Source of the DNA: the human T2T-CHM13v2.0 reference genome, Homo sapiens
Assembly (NCBI RefSeq): GCF_009914755.1
Contig: NC_060926.1
Reading direction: 5' to 3' (one strand)
DNA: 64,000 bases
The notes beneath the pieces were generated by a model. The model was not told the origin of the DNA. It saw nothing but the letters and a program-made list of their open reading frames with translations, and did not search any database. Positions 63,911 through 64,000 of the stretch are shown here, piece after piece (position 1 is the first letter of the stretch; every line of letters starts with the position of its first letter). The translations under genes were made by a program, and so were the position numbers.

Positions 63911-64000
63911 TGTATTGGTCTGCTACGGCTGCCATAAAATACCACAGACTGGGTGGCTTACACAACAGAAGTTCATTTCTCATAGTGCTGAAGGCTGGGA
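63911..64000 (-). mobile_element. MLT1A-like LTR running off the end of the window
   Basis: tgtattggtctgctacggctgccataaaataccacagactgggtggctta. Confidence 0.82.

Overview
Primate (most likely human) genomic DNA that is AT-rich and dominated by repeats. No protein-coding exon could be supported: the ORFs supplied come from Alu, L1 or MaLR elements or have no recognisable product. The window is a mosaic of old L1 and L2 fragments, about 14 Alu/FLAM/FRAM pieces, about 21 solo LTRs (THE1 x6, MSTA, MSTB, MLT1, MLT2, LTR33-like, LTR8-like, LTR47-like), MIRs, DNA transposon MITEs (Tigger2a, MER20, half a MADE1), microsatellites and one 3'-truncated U6 snRNA retrocopy. All repeat subfamily names come from recalled consensus features, not from a search. 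The points most worth follow-up are: a strong recursive-splice-like AG|GTAAGG site in a CpG-retaining unique island (7.4-8.2 kb); a nested MLT2/THE1A/U6/LTR8 cassette carrying DUX4, AP-1/MARE and octamer motifs (42.6-44.7 kb); a possible bidirectional promoter with divergent splice donors (50.4-51.3 kb); candidate minus-strand non-coding exons; and several repair scars (fold-back palindromes, a templated-insertion junction, a perfect 46-bp tandem duplication). I found no convincing new biological system. The regulatory and splicing proposals are inferences.
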